Assembly (NCBI RefSeq): GCF_964213995.1
Contig: NC_135825.1
Span: forward strand, 52,266,001 to 52,330,000
Length of the DNA: 64,000 nucleotides
Origin: Mustelus asterias
Lineage: Eukaryota
Direction of reading: 5' to 3'
Made by a program: the position numbers and the translations under genes. Positions 62,811 through 64,000 of this stretch are shown here, in pieces (position 1 is the first letter of the stretch; each line of letters starts with the position of its first letter). Below the pieces are notes generated by a model that ran no database searches, had not been told where the DNA came from, and saw only the letters and a list, made by a program, of their open reading frames with translations.

Positions 62811-62999
62811 CAGCAGTGCTACCCACTGTGCCATGTGGCATTCTGGCCCCCGGGTTAGCGCATTTATTTTACACCAGTCAGAATCTTGGCTTTGTTGGTG
62901 TTGGCAGCTTAGTTACTGCCTCATGGAGAAATCCAGCGCCAGTTCTTTTCTGTGGGGAATGTGGCCCAACAGGCTTTTAGCTTTCAACATCAGTCTGTC

Positions 63000-63655
63000 T
63001 TCACTTTGTGTTCTGCCAGAGTCGCTCACCATCTGACCTCATTACAGCCTTGGGTCAAACATAGACAAAAAGCTGCACTCCAGAGGTGAGATGAGCATGA
63101 CTCTTCTTGGCATTGAGGCCTCACTTAGCCAATTATGGCATCAAAGAGCCCTGGCCAAACTTGAATCAATGGGAATCAGGCGCGAAACCCTTCGCTGGCT
63201 GGAGTCACACCTGGCACTTAGGAGGATGGTTGTGGTGGTTGAAGGTCGATAATCTCAGCTCCAGGACATCACTGCAGGAGTTCCTCAGGGTTAGTGTCCT
63301 CGCCCCAACCGTCTTCAGCTGCTTCATCAATGACCTTCCTTCCATTACAAGGTCAGAAGTGGTGATGTTCGCAGATAATTGCACAATGTTCAGCACCATT
63401 CACAACTCCTCAGATACTGAAGCAGCCCATGTCCAAATGCAGCAAGGCTTGGTCAATATCTAGGGTTGGGTTGACATGTGGCGAGTAACATTTGCACCAC
63501 ACAGTGCCAGGCAATGACCATCACCAACAAGAGGCAATGCAATGGCATTATTACTAAATACCCACTATCAACATCCTGGGGTTACAATCGACCAGAAACT
63601 GAATGGACTCGCCATATAAATACTGTGACTACAAAGTGGGTTAAAAGCTGTGAAT
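63000..63655 (+). mobile_element. Old CR1/L2-group LINE ORF2, downstream continuation of 59600-60440
   Basis: RT motifs GVPQG.SVLAPTVFSCFINDL and MFADN. Confidence 0.8.
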
Positions 63656-63662
63656 TGGGATC

Positions 63663-63923
63663 TGTAATAAATTGAGGGCAACTCACTGAGGATAAAGAAC
63701 AAAAGGCTTTATTGCCAACGAACAATTAACCGTATTTACAACAGGGTCAGACAGAATAACGATGCAACTGTACACTACTCCTTCCTGGCTCCAACTACGG
63801 GTTCTTCCCAGCCCGGGATACGCATCCTCGATTGGCTCAGCTTCCTGCCTTAACATTCCATAGGATCCTGCCCGACCTCACATCACTTAGGGAATACTCC
63901 CTTAAAGGGGCCACATTACCACA
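63663..63923 (-). mobile_element. Probable solo LTR
   Basis: TGT...ACA termini, AATAAA on the minus strand, and a GCCCCTTTAAGGG motif shared with the LTR at 53575; no clear TSD. Confidence 0.6.
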
Positions 63924-64000
63924 GGCTGGAACTAGTGGCAACTGAGTCAGATTTCCACTTGCTCAAAAGTATTTACTTTACAATCCAGGTGATCCTATCT

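Larger units (their letters stand above)
61230..62998 (-). repeat. Derived inverted copy of 15473-16901, with an extra ~337-bp insertion
   Basis: End-to-end reverse-complement match; the length difference is explained by the insertion at 62474-62810. Confidence 0.95.

Noticed and set aside
15473-62998. The long inverted pair as TIRs of a giant DNA transposon (Polinton/Teratorn-like)
   Set aside because: No TSD and no polymerase, integrase or capsid genes inside. The arms are ordinary SINE-containing genomic DNA, and the right arm sits within a split LINE together with a CR1.
1-64000. V(D)J recombination signals suggested by many CACAGTG heptamers
   Set aside because: The heptamers mostly lie in SINE heads; no correctly spaced ACAAAAACC nonamer or Ig/TCR segment was found.

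Overview
This window is eukaryotic, repeat-dense intronic or intergenic DNA, most likely from a shark or other elasmobranch. That assignment is inferred from abundant HE1-like tRNA-derived SINEs and their partner CR1/HER1-type LINEs. No intact host protein-coding gene could be recognised; nearly all listed ORFs are transposon-derived or spurious. Contents include a young, near-full-length CR1 LINE with an SGNH-esterase ORF1, many truncated CR1 copies, Tx1/L1, RTE and Rex1/Babar LINE fragments, three fossil PIF/Harbinger transposases plus MITEs, small LTR elements and Penelope-like elements carrying minimal hammerhead ribozymes. The most unusual structures are: (1) a ~1.43 kb segment (15473-16901) copied in inverted orientation ~45 kb away, fused to the 5' end of a truncated CR1 and inserted with it as one cassette into an older LINE; (2) TSD-flanked non-coding elements with one or two hammerhead motifs (retrozyme-like); (3) a 77-bp near-perfect inverted repeat pair; (4) one SINE body carrying two different LINE-derived tails. 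All repeat boundaries are approximate and family calls were made by eye.
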